Origin: the human T2T-CHM13v2.0 reference genome, Homo sapiens
Strand: one strand, 5' to 3'
Assembly (NCBI RefSeq): GCF_009914755.1
Contig: NC_060928.1
DNA: 64,000 nucleotides
Shown here: positions 14,972 through 29,399 of the stretch, in pieces
Numbering within the stretch: the first letter of the stretch is position 1
Layout of the letters: each line of letters opens with the position of its first letter
Position numbers and translations under genes: made by a program
Notes under the pieces: model-generated
Databases searched by the model: none
What the model was told of the DNA's origin: nothing
What the model saw: the letters and a program-made list of their open reading frames with translations, nothing else

Positions 14972-15037
14972 CACCTGAGTATCTTAAGCAATCCCCATGG
15001 TGAGTAAGAAGGGGAGCTTGGAAGCATCAGGGTAACA

Positions 15038-15590
15038 ATGGGACAACTGTGGGCTCTGGTTCATTCCATCTTGGAACCTTTTCACACTGATGATGAGGAG
15101 GAAGGAGAGTATAATGAAGTAACAGAAGAAGTAACAGAGCAGATTTGTTTGCCAGCTAAAGCTAAAGCGGCAAAGGAGGAAGAGGTTCATCCCTACCCTT
15201 CTGCATCCCCTCATTATTTTGAAGAAAAAGAGTGGCCTGACCCTCCAGATCTTTCTTTTCTGGAGGACACTGGGCAAAAAGTAGTTGCCCCAGTAACTGT
15301 TCGAGCAGCACCTTGAGTGACCACTCTCAGTTCTATTCAGGCAGGAATTCAGCAAGCTAAACGAAAGGATGATTTAGAGGCTTGGCAGTTCCCTGTTAGC
15401 ATACACCCCCCAAATCAACAGGGAAATATAGCTACATTTGAGCCTTTTCCTTTTAAATTCAGGAAATGCCATGCAGGGCCCATCCTGGGCCCCGTTCCAA
15501 ACTGGGGCATTTCCAGCTCAGGCCACTCCCTCACCCCTATACAATATTTGTCCCCCGCCACAGCGCCACAGCCAGTAGTACTGCAGTAGA
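15038..15590 (+). pseudogene. gag: HML-3 gag remnant with large internal deletions
   Basis: MGQ start, acidic DDEEEGEY and PYPSA..WPDPPD segments, AWQFPV; only ~550 bp, with no MHR or CCHC knuckle. Confidence 0.8.
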
Positions 15591-16380
15591 TTGATACTGC
15601 ACAAAAGCTATGAGTCTTCTGCCTAGGGAACCCCCACAAAAGGTCCCAACAGGAGTCTGTGGACCCTTGCCAGCGGGGATGATAGGATTACTTCTAGGAA
15701 GGTCTAGTTTAAATTTAAAAGGGGTACAAGTACAAAGAGGAGTCATTGATTCACATTACAATGGGGATATTCAAATTGTTATATCTACTTCCGTTCCCTG
15801 GAAAACAGAGCCAGGAGAGCCTATAACACAGCTCCTGATTGTGCTGTATGTGGAAATGGGGAAAAGTGAAATTAAATGAACAGGAGGATTTGGAAGCACA
15901 AATCAATAAGGCAAAGCGGCTTATTGGGTGAATCAAATTCCTGATAAACATCCTACCTGTGAAATAACTATTCAAGGAAAGAAATTTGAAGGTTTGGTAG
16001 ATACAGAAGCAGACATTTCAATCACTTCTCTACAGCACCAGCCGTCCACGTGGCCAATTCAACCCGCTCAATTTAATGTAGCTGGAGTTGGTAAAGCCCT
16101 TGAAGTATATCAAAGTAGTTATATTTTGCACTGTGAAGGGCCTGATGGACAACCTGGGAATATTCAACCAATTATAACTTCTGTACCTATAAATTTATGG
16201 GGAAGAGATTTATTACAACAATGGGGAGCACAAGTTCTAATTCTAGAACAGTTATATAGCCCTCAAAGTCAACATATGATGCATGAAATGGAATATGTCC
16301 CTGGTATGGGACTAGGAAAAAATTTGCAAGGTTTGAAGGAACTGCTTCAAGCAGAAAGACAAAGTTCCTGCCAAGGTTGA
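15590..16380 (+). pseudogene. pro: HML-3 dUTPase-protease remnant
   Basis: dUTPase motifs GLLLGRSS, GVIDSHYNGDIQI, tgaacaggaggatttggaagcaca (RTGGFGST with stop); protease GLVDTEADIS and NLWGRDLL. Confidence 0.9.
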
Positions 16381-19252
16381 GGATATCATTTTTGATGGCA
16401 GCCATTGTTAAGCCTCCAGAATCTATACCTTTAAAATGGTTAACAGATAAGCCAATTTGGATAGAACAATGGCCACTAAGTAAAGAGAAACTGGAGACTT
16501 TGAAGGAATTAGTTAATGAACAATTAGAAAAAGGACACATAGCTCCAATATTTTCCCCTTGGAATTCTCCAGTTTTCGCAATTAAGAAAAAATCAGGTAA
16601 ATGGAGAATGTTAACTGATTCAAGAGGCATTAATTCAGTTATACAACCTATGGGGACATTACAGCCAGAATTGCCTTCTCCTTCTATGATTACAAAAAAT
16701 TGGCCTTTAATAGTCATGGATGTAAAAGATTGTTTCTTTACTATCCACTTAGCTGAGCAAGACTGTGAATGGTTTGCATTTACAATTCCTGCAGTAAACA
16801 ACCTGCAGCCTGCTAAGTGTTATCATTGGAAAGTGTTGCCATAAGGCATATTAAACAGTTCAACAATTTGCCAGACTTATGTAGGGCAAGCAATTGAACC
16901 TACTCGTAAAAAATTTTCACAGTGTTACATTATTCATTATATGGATGATATACTTTGTGCTGCCTCCACTCAAGAAATATTACTCCAATGTTATGATCAC
17001 TTGCAAAATTCAATTTCTCGTGCTGGCTTAATTATAGCTCCTGACAAAATTCAGACTGCTACTCCTTACTCCTACTTGGGGACCTTAGTAAATGATATTA
17101 CCATTGTGCCACACAAAGTAGCCATATGTAGGGATCAATTGGAAACATTAAATGACTTTCAAAAATTACTAGGGGACATTAATTGGATATGACCTGCTCT
17201 AGGCATTCCTACCTATGCCATGAGTAATCTATTTTCTATCCTTAGAGGAGATCCTAGTCTCCCTAGCCTTGGCAATTAACAAAAGAAGCTCAGGCAGAGC
17301 TGCAGCTAATCAAAAAGCAAGTCCATAAAGCTCAAATAAATTGAATAGATCCAGAGAAGACTCTAGATTTGCTAATTTTTCCAACTCAGCATTCACCTAC
17401 TAGTATTATTGTTCAAGAGCAAGATCTTGTAGAGTGGCTTTTTCTTCCACATACTAATTCACAGACTCTAACTCTTTATTTGGATCAAACCGTGACTATG
17501 ATAGGAAATGGGAGAACTCAGATTGTTAAATTACATGGATATGATCCTGGAAAAATTATTGTCCCTCATGAAGGCACAAATACAGCAAGCTTTTATAAAT
17601 AGTCTTACTCATTAAACCCATTTAGCTGACTTTGTGGGTATTCTCGATAACCATTTTCTTAAAACGAAACTGTTTCCATTTTTGAAATTAACTAATTGGA
17701 TTTTCCCTAAAATAACTAATTTAAACCAATTGAAGGTGCTAAGAATGTTTTTACAGATGGGTCTAGTAATGGTAAAGCTTCTTATTCTGGATCAAAAGGT
17801 AAAGTTTTCCAAATGCTCTATACTTCAGCTTAGCTGTAATTGAGGTATTCACTGCTTTTGATATGCCTATTAATGTGATTTCTGATTCTTCACACGTGGT
17901 TCATTCCACACAATTAATTGAAAATGCTCAGTTATGATTTCATACAGATGAACAACTGATGACTTTCTTTACTCAATTGCAAACAGCAGTTAAGAGTAGA
18001 ATGCACCCTTTTTGCTGGGTGCAGTGGCTCATGCCTGTAATCCCAGCACTTTCGGATGCTGAGGCAGGCAGATCACGAGGTCAGGAGATCAAGACCATCC
18101 TGGCTAACACGGCGAAACCCCGTCTCTACTAAAGTACAAAAAATTAGCCAGGCATGGTGGCGGGCACCTCTAGTCCCAGCTCCTCAGGAGGCTGAGGCAG
18201 GAGAGTGGCGTGAACCCAGGAGGTGGCGCTTGCAGTGAGCCGAGATCATACCACTGCACTCCAGGCTGGGCAACAGAGCGAGACTCTGTCTCAAAAAAAA
18301 AAAAAGAATGCACCCTTTTTACATCACTCACATTAGGGCTCATACACCTCTTCCGGGACTTTTGACTGCAGGGAATCAAATGGCTAATCGCCTAGTTGCT
18401 AATGCAATATCTAATGCTAGACACTTTCACAATTTAACACACGTTAATGTCTCTGGTCTCAAACACAGATACAGCATTATCTGGAAAGAAGCTAAAGCTA
18501 TTATCCAGCGATGCCCAACTTGTGAAATGGTACATTCCTCATCTTTTACAGGAGGAGTTAATCCTCGAGGATTGGAACCTAACTCTCTTTGGCAAATGGA
18601 TGTCACACATGTTCCCTTGTTTGGGAGACTAGCTTATGTACATGTATGTGTGGACACCTTTTCTCACTTTGTCTGGACTACATGCCAATCAGGAGAGTCT
18701 TCTGCCTGTGTTAAATGTCACCTTTTGCAGTGTTTGGTGGTGATGGGCATTCCAGCTTCTATTAAAACAGATAATGCCCCAGACTATACTAGCCAAGCTC
18801 TAGCTACATTTTTCTCTGTATAGAATATTAAACACATTCCTGGTATCACATATAATTCTCAAGGGCAAGCCATAGTGGAAAGAATGAATCTCTCCCTGAA
18901 ACAGCAGTTACAAAAACAAAAAAGGGGGAGAAATAGTGACTATGGGACATCCCAAATGCAACTGAATCTAGCATTAATAATTTTAAATTTTTTGAGCCTG
19001 CCGAAAGGCAAGATGCTATCAGAAGCTGAACAGCATCTACAGAAACCAGCTGCAAAGACAGAGGCAGAACAACTCATTTGGTGGAGAGATCCGATAACAA
19101 AAAGTTGGGAAATAGGTAAAATAATAACTTGGGGTAGAGGTTATGCTTGTGTTTCTCCAGGACCAAATCAACAGCCAATTTGGATATCATCAGGACACCT
19201 GAAACCTTATCATGAGCCAGATGCCGAGGAAGAGATTCCGGGAGGATCCTGA
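16377..19252 (+). pseudogene. pol: HML-3 pol remnant (RT, RNase H, integrase)
   Basis: [47 protein letters not shown]; IN HHCC (HNLTH...CPTC), WQMDVTH, IKTDN, VERMN, WGRGYAC; stops, frameshifts and an Alu insertion. Confidence 0.93.
18014..18304 (+). mobile_element. AluY inserted in HML-3 RNase H
   Basis: Y diagnostics accatcctggctaacacgg and ggcgtgaaccc; 16-bp TSD agaatgcacccttttt at 17998-18013 and 18305-18320. Confidence 0.94.
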
Positions 19253-19944
19253 GGACCCCCCAGTTACAGCCATGTTGAGACTGACACTGAGAAGGACCCC
19301 AGCTGTCACGAGCAGCACCTGTCGAACACAGCCACCTACCTGGGGACAGATCAAGAAGCTGTCACAGATGGCGGAAGAAAACCTGAGGAAAGCGGGACAA
19401 CCAGTCACAATGAGTAACTTAATGGTAGCTATGATAGCGGTGATCACCATTGCCATGAGTATTCCTTCAACAAGGGCTGACACAGAGAATAATTATACTT
19501 ATTGGGCATATTTATCAATCTTGGCTGGCAATAATGCCTGGATGTAATCACTTTATGACAGTTACACATGCTTTCTGGTCTCAGTATTTACCATAATAAA
19601 TCTACTCCTATAATTGAGGCATACCGCCCTCAAAAACTTATTTGTAAACAGGATTGGACCCAGTTAGAAATAATGAATGTACTTGTTTGGGAAGATTGAA
19701 TTGCAGAACAGGCAGAGGTGCTGTGCAACGATTCCTATGGAATCATTATTGATTGGTCCCCTAAGGGGACATTTAGCTTAAATAGCACCTCTCAGTCTGC
19801 ATGCCACGGCCACACTATGTTCAGCTGGTCTGAACAAAATGGTCAGATGGTAGAAATGGTAGGAAGTACAGCAAGAGTTCCTATTATCTGGAAACATAGC
19901 AGTATAGTGACACCTCAACCTCAAATGATATGGCCCGTTGTAGG
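19212..19944 (+). pseudogene. env: HML-3 env 5' remnant (leader, signal peptide, start of SU)
   Basis: PPTWGQIKKL, hydrophobic NLMVAMIAVITIAM, NYTYWAY, YGIIIDWSPKG; cut off at 19944. Confidence 0.88.
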
Positions 19945-20028
19945 CCACATGCTATATTTCTGTGTGTGTGTCTTTAATTTCTCTAGTGCCACTGGGTTAG
20001 GGTCTCCACAACCGAGCTTGTCTTGGCA
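19945..20028 (+). repeat. MER9 3' LTR stub (last 84 bp only)
   Basis: Aligns to 14421-14504 of the 5' LTR (ccacatgctatatttctgtgtgtgtgtc...gca) and is followed by the TSD. Confidence 0.93.
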
Positions 20029-20034
20029 GTGTAA

Positions 20035-20200
20035 TTGATTAACTAAAAAAATAATAAAATTAGATCTCTATCTCATACCATACCCAAATATAGATTCCAG
20101 ATAGGTCAAAAATACAAATGTAAAAATCAAGTCTTTCACAGAACATGTAGGAGAATCTTTTTTATGGCATTTGGTTAGGGAATTATTTCTTAAGCACAGC
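20035..20200 (+). mobile_element. Old L1 ORF2 fragment (host site of the HML-3 insertion)
   Basis: aaattagatctctatctcataccatacccaaat...ttccagataggtcaaaaatacaaatgtaaaa is an L1M-like stretch. Confidence 0.6.
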
Positions 20201-20241
20201 ATGAAAAGCACACAGAACAAAAGAGGGTTTGGGACACCTAG

Positions 20242-20602
20242 TGTGGTTGATTGTACCCCTGTGAAAATATTTGCTGCCCCTCCCTCCCAGGCTAACCTGC
20301 GGGAGATTATATGCCCTCAGCCAAGGTCACTTGCTTCAGCAACAAAATGTGACTATAATGTGATATTGAAACAGAAGCTTTAAAAGCCCTCCTGTGGGTC
20401 TGTTGTCTCTCTTTTCTGTCACAAGACCACCATGTCCAAGATATGTGCTGCATCTTCAGCTGCAGTCCCTGGAGTGAAGATGATGTGGAACAGAGCCTGT
20501 CAACCCATGTGAATGTGAACAAGAAAATATGTCAGTTGCAGCAAACTCTGAAATTTGGGAGTTTTATGACCCTGGCGTGATTCAGCTTAAGTTGACTGAG
20601 AT
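20242..20602 (+). mobile_element. MLT1 (MLT1I-like) MaLR LTR
   Basis: ggtcacttgcttcagcaacaaaatgtga...gaagctttaaaagcc...gtccctggagtgaagatgatgtggaacagagcc. Confidence 0.6.
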
Positions 20603-20931
20603 GATGGCTACATTCAAATTGTTAACCAAAAATTATAGAAGGCCACTGTATTGAAGCGGGCCTCACAGTAGGCCCCAACAGACCAAACCAAATCAGAATG
20701 GAGTCATTTGTGCCAAGTGTCGCATAATCAAATTGAATTCTTAAATTGTCCAGTTTTCACCAAAAACAAGAGATTCACAGCAACCAGTTAAAAGTGGTTG
20801 ACTTTGCAGAGAAAGATAAGGAAATAAAATAGGTTGAGGGGTTTCACTGTGTCTACAGTGTATATTTCTTTTAAAAATGTTTTTGAAGCAAAAATGGCCA
20901 AAGCAATCTTGACATTTCTTAAATCAGGTGA

Positions 20932-21887
<956 letters not shown>

Positions 21888-22007
21888 TAGGGGTATAGGC
21901 ATACTTTTATGCATTTTGAATTATTTTATAATATGAACCAGATTTTGAAGAGCTTATTAAATAGAAAAATAGTCATTTCTAAAAGGTGAAACAGAATAGT
22001 TTTTTCA

Positions 22008-22962
<955 letters not shown>

Positions 22963-24461
22963 GTCTAGTAGATAATGCAGAAAACACTTGAATGAACTTT
23001 AAGAACCAGGCAATCACTCACTGCCAAGATTTTCCAATTGCCAATACTTTCCAATTTCATCAAGCATAAGTAGCAGAAAGAGGATAGTAAATACCTCCTA
23101 CTATGGTTATTTATATATGCAAACAAATACATGTATGCTTTAATAATTTTTTAAAGGGGGCAAAAGCTGAAACCATCATTAAGAGAAAGAAGCCATTCTT
23201 TCACCAGGATGTGCCCAAAGAAACAAAAAGAATTGTAATTCCCAAATACCAGATATAGCTTATTCTTCTGTCTTTGATGGGGCTGCATCCATTTGAGAGA
23301 TTTTTTTAAGACTAAGAGGTAAAGACAATTGTAAAATATGTAAATTCACCAAAGAAGTATTTGATGACTGAGAATTGCATAGGGCAATGAGGCTTTTTCT
23401 AAAAGCCATAGCAGAAAACTCTGGATATATCAATCAATCCAACATAATCTAGACAATACAAGGTTCTGGAATAGCAAAAGAAAATGATAGCTGATTTAAG
23501 ATTTAAGCAAATCCTTTAGACCAAAAGTAAACACTGCTTTGCAGCTTTGTTTGTTAGCTACTTTCTTATTCCAGCCTCCATGACCATGAAAGTCACAAAA
23601 GGGGGTATAATTATATTTCACAGAAGCTGTTCTTATTCTAAATCCACCCTTAATATAAAGCAGCCAACAGAGGAAATTATATTTAATAAGGCATCTGGCT
23701 TCTAAATGAAGATGCATCCCATTTTTATTCTAAAATAATTTTAATTTAGTTTGTAACTGAAACATGAAGTTGATGTCATTTGGAATTTCCTGTCCCAGAG
23801 AATTATGGTTATAGAGAAAATAACAGTATTGGAATATTTTTATCATACAAGATTGTGTTTTTATTTAAATTGGGACAAGTCTGAATAGATATTTTAACAT
23901 TTATGTCTTCTAGGAGAGTTAAACCTCTTTTTATTCATAAAATCATGTTTGATTTAACTAAAATAAATATTTGCTTTCCTATATTGTCTTCTTATTTTAA
24001 TATTTACCTATTTCCTTATCTTCTTAATTCATTAATTTTCTCATACCTCTTTCTGTTAAATATAATTTATTTGCCTTGTTCCCATTTCATCTCCCCTATT
24101 TTTTCTTCCTTTTTGTTTTTTCATTCTATATCTTGCTACTTCTTTATTCTCCCTTTGCAGCCAAAGGGATTCATAACTGTTTAATACCAAGGGAAAGAAT
24201 TGAATGTTAGGTGAATGTATTGCTTTGCATGTAGAAGACAAGACTTTCCTATATTTCTTTTTAAAAAATTATTATACAAGATAGTTAAAAGGTGATGTGA
24301 AAAATAATAAAGGAATTCCAAAATAAACCAAACCAAAAGTCAGGTGACTCAAAATCAAGAAATTAAGATTAGTAGCCAAAACTACTTACCAAAACAAATC
24401 CAGTTATAAGTTTTATTCTTATTTAAATATTTACTGGCATTGTATTGCTAACGAAGAATTA

Positions 24462-24812
<351 letters not shown>

Positions 24813-25917
24813 TCATATGGAGAAATTATCATTAAGGAAAAAAGTCTTATTTCGTAAGTGTTAAACTGATGTATTCTTACAAAATAAGAGATAAACCCAT
24901 GAAAACTGAATCTAATGGATGCTGAACACAAAGCCATCATTTCTCAAAATAATTGGCCTCTCATGTTTTCCTTAAATTAAATACAATTGCCTGGATTTAT
25001 ATTTGAAAAACAGAAATACATTTTACAGTTTAAAGTAATTATATAAAAATGGTTGTTTCCTGAAAATATAAAACATTTACCATGTTATCACTGTTGTTAT
25101 GTATACCATACTTCAGATTTTGTGAAGATCAAATGAAGTACATTTGCAAGCATGCTGAAACATAGTTGGCTTAATTAAAATGCCTGAAAGATATTTTTTG
25201 CCTGCAGCAAAAATTGTTACTTAATTACTATAATGCATCTGCTATGTTTTCCTTTTTTTTCAACAAAGAGAAACCCAGGTGATTTCTGTGTACCTCTTTA
25301 ATATGAAATCAGAGATGATGACTGTAGAAACTGAATGTATAAGTAAAATACTGAAACTCAGCGTAACCCAAAAATGTTGTCTTTTAATAAAATTACAGTC
25401 ATTTGCTTTTTAAGAGTTTAGGGGTTTTGTTGTAGTTATTGAAAAAATTTCATACCAACATTCATCAGGAATAAACCAATTGCCATAATAAACTGATTAC
25501 ATGTACCAAATTGAGTTATAGTTCAGAAGACTAAAATTCATCATATATCAAATTCTAATATTATTTCAGCTGATTTAATCTTTAAATTGATGAACATTTC
25601 AAGTTAAAGAGTTTTCTGTTTGAAAAATAAAACATTGAGAAGCACACAAACATTTGATAATAAAATTTTATTTTAGTTCATTTAAATGCTTTTATTCAGT
25701 AGATTGATATTATGTATTCTACAATTTTACTTTCCTACAAAGTTTTTAAACTAGTAAGAGCAATTCTAAGTGGTATTTATGGATCTTGTTAAGAGATCTT
25801 CAAATACCGATGTGAATAATTATCCATTTGTGAACATCTAAGAAAAGTAGTTTGACACTGGATTCACACAATAAGGTTTAAAAAAAAATTACAGACTACA
25901 GAAAAAAGACAAAGCTG

Positions 25918-26137
25918 TGACCAGCCTGGGCAACATGGCAAAACCCCATCTCTACAAGAAATACAACAAAATTAGCAGAGCATGATGGTGCACACCTGTA
26001 GTCCCACTACTTGGGAGGGTGGTGGGAGGATCACTTGAGCCAGGCAGGTTGAGCCTGCAGTGAGCTGTGATCACACCACTGCACTTCAGCCTGTGCAACA
26101 GAGTGAGAAGCAAGATCCTGTCTCCAAAAAAAAAAAG
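25918..26137 (+). mobile_element. 5'-truncated AluJ
   Basis: accagcctgggcaacatggcaaaacccc...ggaggatcacttgagcc...gtgagctgtgatcacacc. Confidence 0.88.
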
Positions 26138-26206
26138 TTGCAGAGTAGAAAGACAAGATAAGATTCTGAAATGTGTAAACTCATCATACAATAAACTGTA
26201 TAGGGG

Positions 26207-26547
26207 TGAGGCAGGAAAATAGGGTCTGGAGGCAGGGGAACATAAGGTCAATTCACACTACAGCTGTAACAGGAAATATTCTCTCCACAGGGTGTATACT
26301 GTAAATGACTTTGTAACTCTACTTCATCCTCTTCATTTACACAGGGCGTACCCCAGGGAGAGGGTATTTAAACTCACAAAAACTCTGTAACAGGCCTTTT
26401 GAGCCCCTATGCTCAGGCCTGCTCCCACAGTGTGGAGTGTACTTTCATTTTCAATAGAACCTTTCATTCCTTCCTTGCTTTGTTTGTGCATTTTGTCCAA
26501 TACTTTGTTCAAGACTCCAAGAACCTGGACACTCTCCACTGTTAACA
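26207..26547 (+). mobile_element. MER61-family ERV1 solo LTR
   Basis: tgaggcaggaaaatagggtctggaggcaggg...ccaagaacctggacactctccactgttaaca; 4-bp TSD gggg on both sides. Confidence 0.88.
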
Positions 26548-27341
26548 GGGGGAGAAAATATTACCTGTTATTTTTCAGATGAAATAATGTCATTTCTGAT
26601 TCACTTATATTTGAAAATAAAAATGTTTCTTTAGTTCTATTTAGGACCTGCAAAAATGAAATTTTTCTAAAAATTTTTGCTTAGAAATTGTGGTCTTAAA
26701 ATATGTTGAAGCCACAAATACTGTATTTCTAGTTGGAGGTCAAAGCAGGGTTTATTTGAACAGATATCACATATCGACCTTAGGGAAAGTTACTTTAGAG
26801 CAGCAGGATTGAATTTTCAAAAAGAGGAAATGAATGACCTACTGTGAAGGTTCTCTGAATTACCAAAAATTTCATTCAAAATAGATTGAGTATAGAAAGG
26901 TTTTTTATTTAAAAAGAAAAAATTCTGGGAACTAAAGGCAGAAAGTACAGTAAGATTTACATAGCTGAGTCCAAGAATTGGAAAGAGATTAGGAAATAGT
27001 CTCTCTCTTCCTCCAGCCCCAGCCTAATTTTCTCTGCTACTCACATAGAGGCCCAAACACTGTGACTCCCTATTCCAGCAAATTCACCAACTCATGTGCC
27101 TTTCTGTATCCCAATTTTAAAACCGCATTAGAGAAAATCTAAACTGGTTCAACCCAGACAACACTTTGGCTCTCCTTGGTTCTAATGTCCACTAGTCCAC
27201 TAGCTGAGGTCAGGGAGGGGTAGAAATTTGTAATATGTCTGTGACTACAGAAAATCATTCTTCTTTGAGAAAGGAAAGTTCCCAGAGAAGTGAGGTGATT
27301 CCAGCAGCCAGCAATGCTATATCCTCCAGGCATGAGAGTCT

Positions 27342-27471
27342 AGCTGGACGCTGTGGTTCATGCCTGTAATCTCAGCACTTTGGAAGTCTGAGATGGAAGG
27401 ATAGCTTAAGGCCAGGAGTTCAAGACCAGCCCTGGCAACATAGTGAGACTTTGTCTCTACCAAAAAAAAAA
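27342..27471 (+). mobile_element. Alu left monomer (FLAM-like)
   Basis: gtggttcatgcctgtaatctcagcactttgg...caacatagtgagactttgtctctac(A)n. Confidence 0.88.
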
Positions 27472-28244
27472 GAATTATTAACAACTTCGTCCCACATACA
27501 TTTCCACGCATATATATGTACTTTGTTATTCACAAATGGGATCATGCACCACATGTAACTTAGCAACTTGCTTTTTAAAGAAAACTTTACAGTGTGTCAT
27601 GTATATATTTCCAACAGGGTTTCAGTTTTATTCATCTTTGGATACTTTTGGCATATCATTGGTGCACAATTTTTATTTGTTAGAAATGAATAAAGTAGCT
27701 ATAAACTTACATTTGATTATTTTTATGGTTAATATGGAAAGTTCTAAAAGTTATTGGGAGCAATCTCCAGAGATGAATCAGTATTAATATAGCTTGTATA
27801 TACATTAATTGAGACATCCTAAGGTTGAATCCATAGTGTTGAAATTAATACATGGCTTTAAAAAAAATTACCTATGTTTATATCATAAAATGAAACTCAA
27901 ATGAAATATTTAAATTGGAGTTACTATTAACACAGACTTATCCATTGTCCTCCAAAAGCATAGAGAGGTCCGAAAGTTATTCAGCACTTTCAATTATAAA
28001 TTGTCTTTGGCAAAATACACTGAGAAAATTTTCACACACCAAACATTATTCTACCAGTCTCTGAAAATGTTAATTTTTTTCTTCATCATCATACTTAACC
28101 ACTTCAACCCACTGCACCCCAGTTTAGTTTACAAAGCTAGAAAATGAGCTGAAGGAAAAGTACTGACTAGCAGCTAATATAAAGTGAGCATTCCAGAGAA
28201 GCTTGACTGGCCATATAAATGAAGGAATTAATAAATGAGTGAAC

Positions 28245-28702
28245 TGTCAGGCCTCTGAGCCCAAGCTAAGCCATCATATCCCCTGTGACCTGCACATATA
28301 CATCCAGATGGCCTGAAATAACTGAAGAATCACAAAAGAAGTGATATTTAAATGGCCTGTTCCTGCCTTAACTGATGACATTCCACCACAAAAGAAGTGA
28401 AAATGGCCGGTCCTTGCCTTAAATGATGACATTACCTTGTGAAATTCCTTCTCCTGGCTCATCCTGGCTCAAAAAGCTCCCCGACTGAGCACCTTGTGAC
28501 CCCCACTCCTGCCTGCCAGAGAACAACCCCCTTTGACTGTAATTTTCCTTTAGCTACCCAAATCTTATAAAACGGCCCCACTCCATCTCTCTTCACTGAC
28601 TCTCTTTTCAGACTCAGCCCACCTGCACCCAGGTGATTAAAAAGCTTTATTGCTCACACAAAGTCTGTTTGGTGGGGTCTCTTCACACAGACACAAGTGA
28701 AA
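28245..28702 (+). promoter_or_regulatory. LTR7 5' LTR
   Basis: tgtcaggcctctgagcccaagctaagccatc...gtgaaa; TATA box ttataaaa near 28566; ATTAAA near 28636; two cacaaaagaagtga units. Confidence 0.95.
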
Positions 28703-28705
28703 TTT

Positions 28706-28723
28706 TGGTGCCATGACTCGGAT
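28706..28723 (+). promoter_or_regulatory. tRNA-His primer binding site
   Basis: tggtgccatgactcggat, 17/18 match to TGGTGCCGTGACTCGGAT. Confidence 0.93.
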
Positions 28724-28846
28724 CAGGGGACCTTCCTTGGGAGATCAATCCCCTGTCCTCCTGCTCTTTGCTCCATGAGAAAGATCTACCTACGACCTCG
28801 GGTCCTCAGACCGACCAGCCCAAGGAACATCACACCAATTTTAAAT

Positions 28847-28855
28847 CCGGTAAGT
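28847..28855 (+). promoter_or_regulatory. HERV-H major splice donor
   Basis: ccg|gtaagt, ~150 nt downstream of the 5' LTR. Confidence 0.8.
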
Positions 28856-29399
28856 GGCTTCTTTTTACTCTCTTCTCCAACCTCTCTCACTATCCCTCAA
28901 CCTCTTTCTCCTTTCAATCTTGGCGCCACACTTCAATCTCTCCCTTCTCTTAATTTCAGTTCCTTTCCTTTCCTCGTAGAGACAGGAGACACGTTTTATC
29001 CGTGGACCCAAAACTCTGGCGCCGGTCACGGACTCGGGAAGACAGTCTTCCCTTGGTGTTTAATCATGCGGGGATGCCTGCCTGATTATTCACCCACATT
29101 TCAGAGGTGTCTGACCACATGGGGACGCCTGCCTTGGTCCTTCACCCTTAACGGCAAGTACTGCTTTTCTGGGGGGCAAGAACCTCCCAACCCCTTCTTC
29201 ACCCTTAGCGGCAAGTACCGCTTTTCTAGGGGGCAAGAACCCCCCACCCCTTCTCTCCATGTCTCTACTCTCTCTTTTCTCTGGGCTTGCCTCCTTCACT
29301 ATGGGCAGCCTTCACCCCTCCATTCCTCCTTCTCCCTTAGCCTGTGTTCTCAAGAACCTCTTCAACTCACACCTGACCTAAACCTAAACGCCTTATTTT

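Larger units (their letters stand above)
13996..20028 (+). mobile_element. HERV-K(HML-3) (HERVK9/MER9) provirus, defective
   Basis: MER9 5' LTR, Lys-type PBS, gag-dUTPase-pro-pol-env remnants of betaretroviral type, 3' LTR stub, 6-bp TSD gtgtaa at 13990-13995 and 20029-20034. Confidence 0.95.

Noticed and set aside
16187-16801. 204-aa minus-strand ORF
   Set aside because: Antisense shadow of the pro/pol frame with no recognisable motif.
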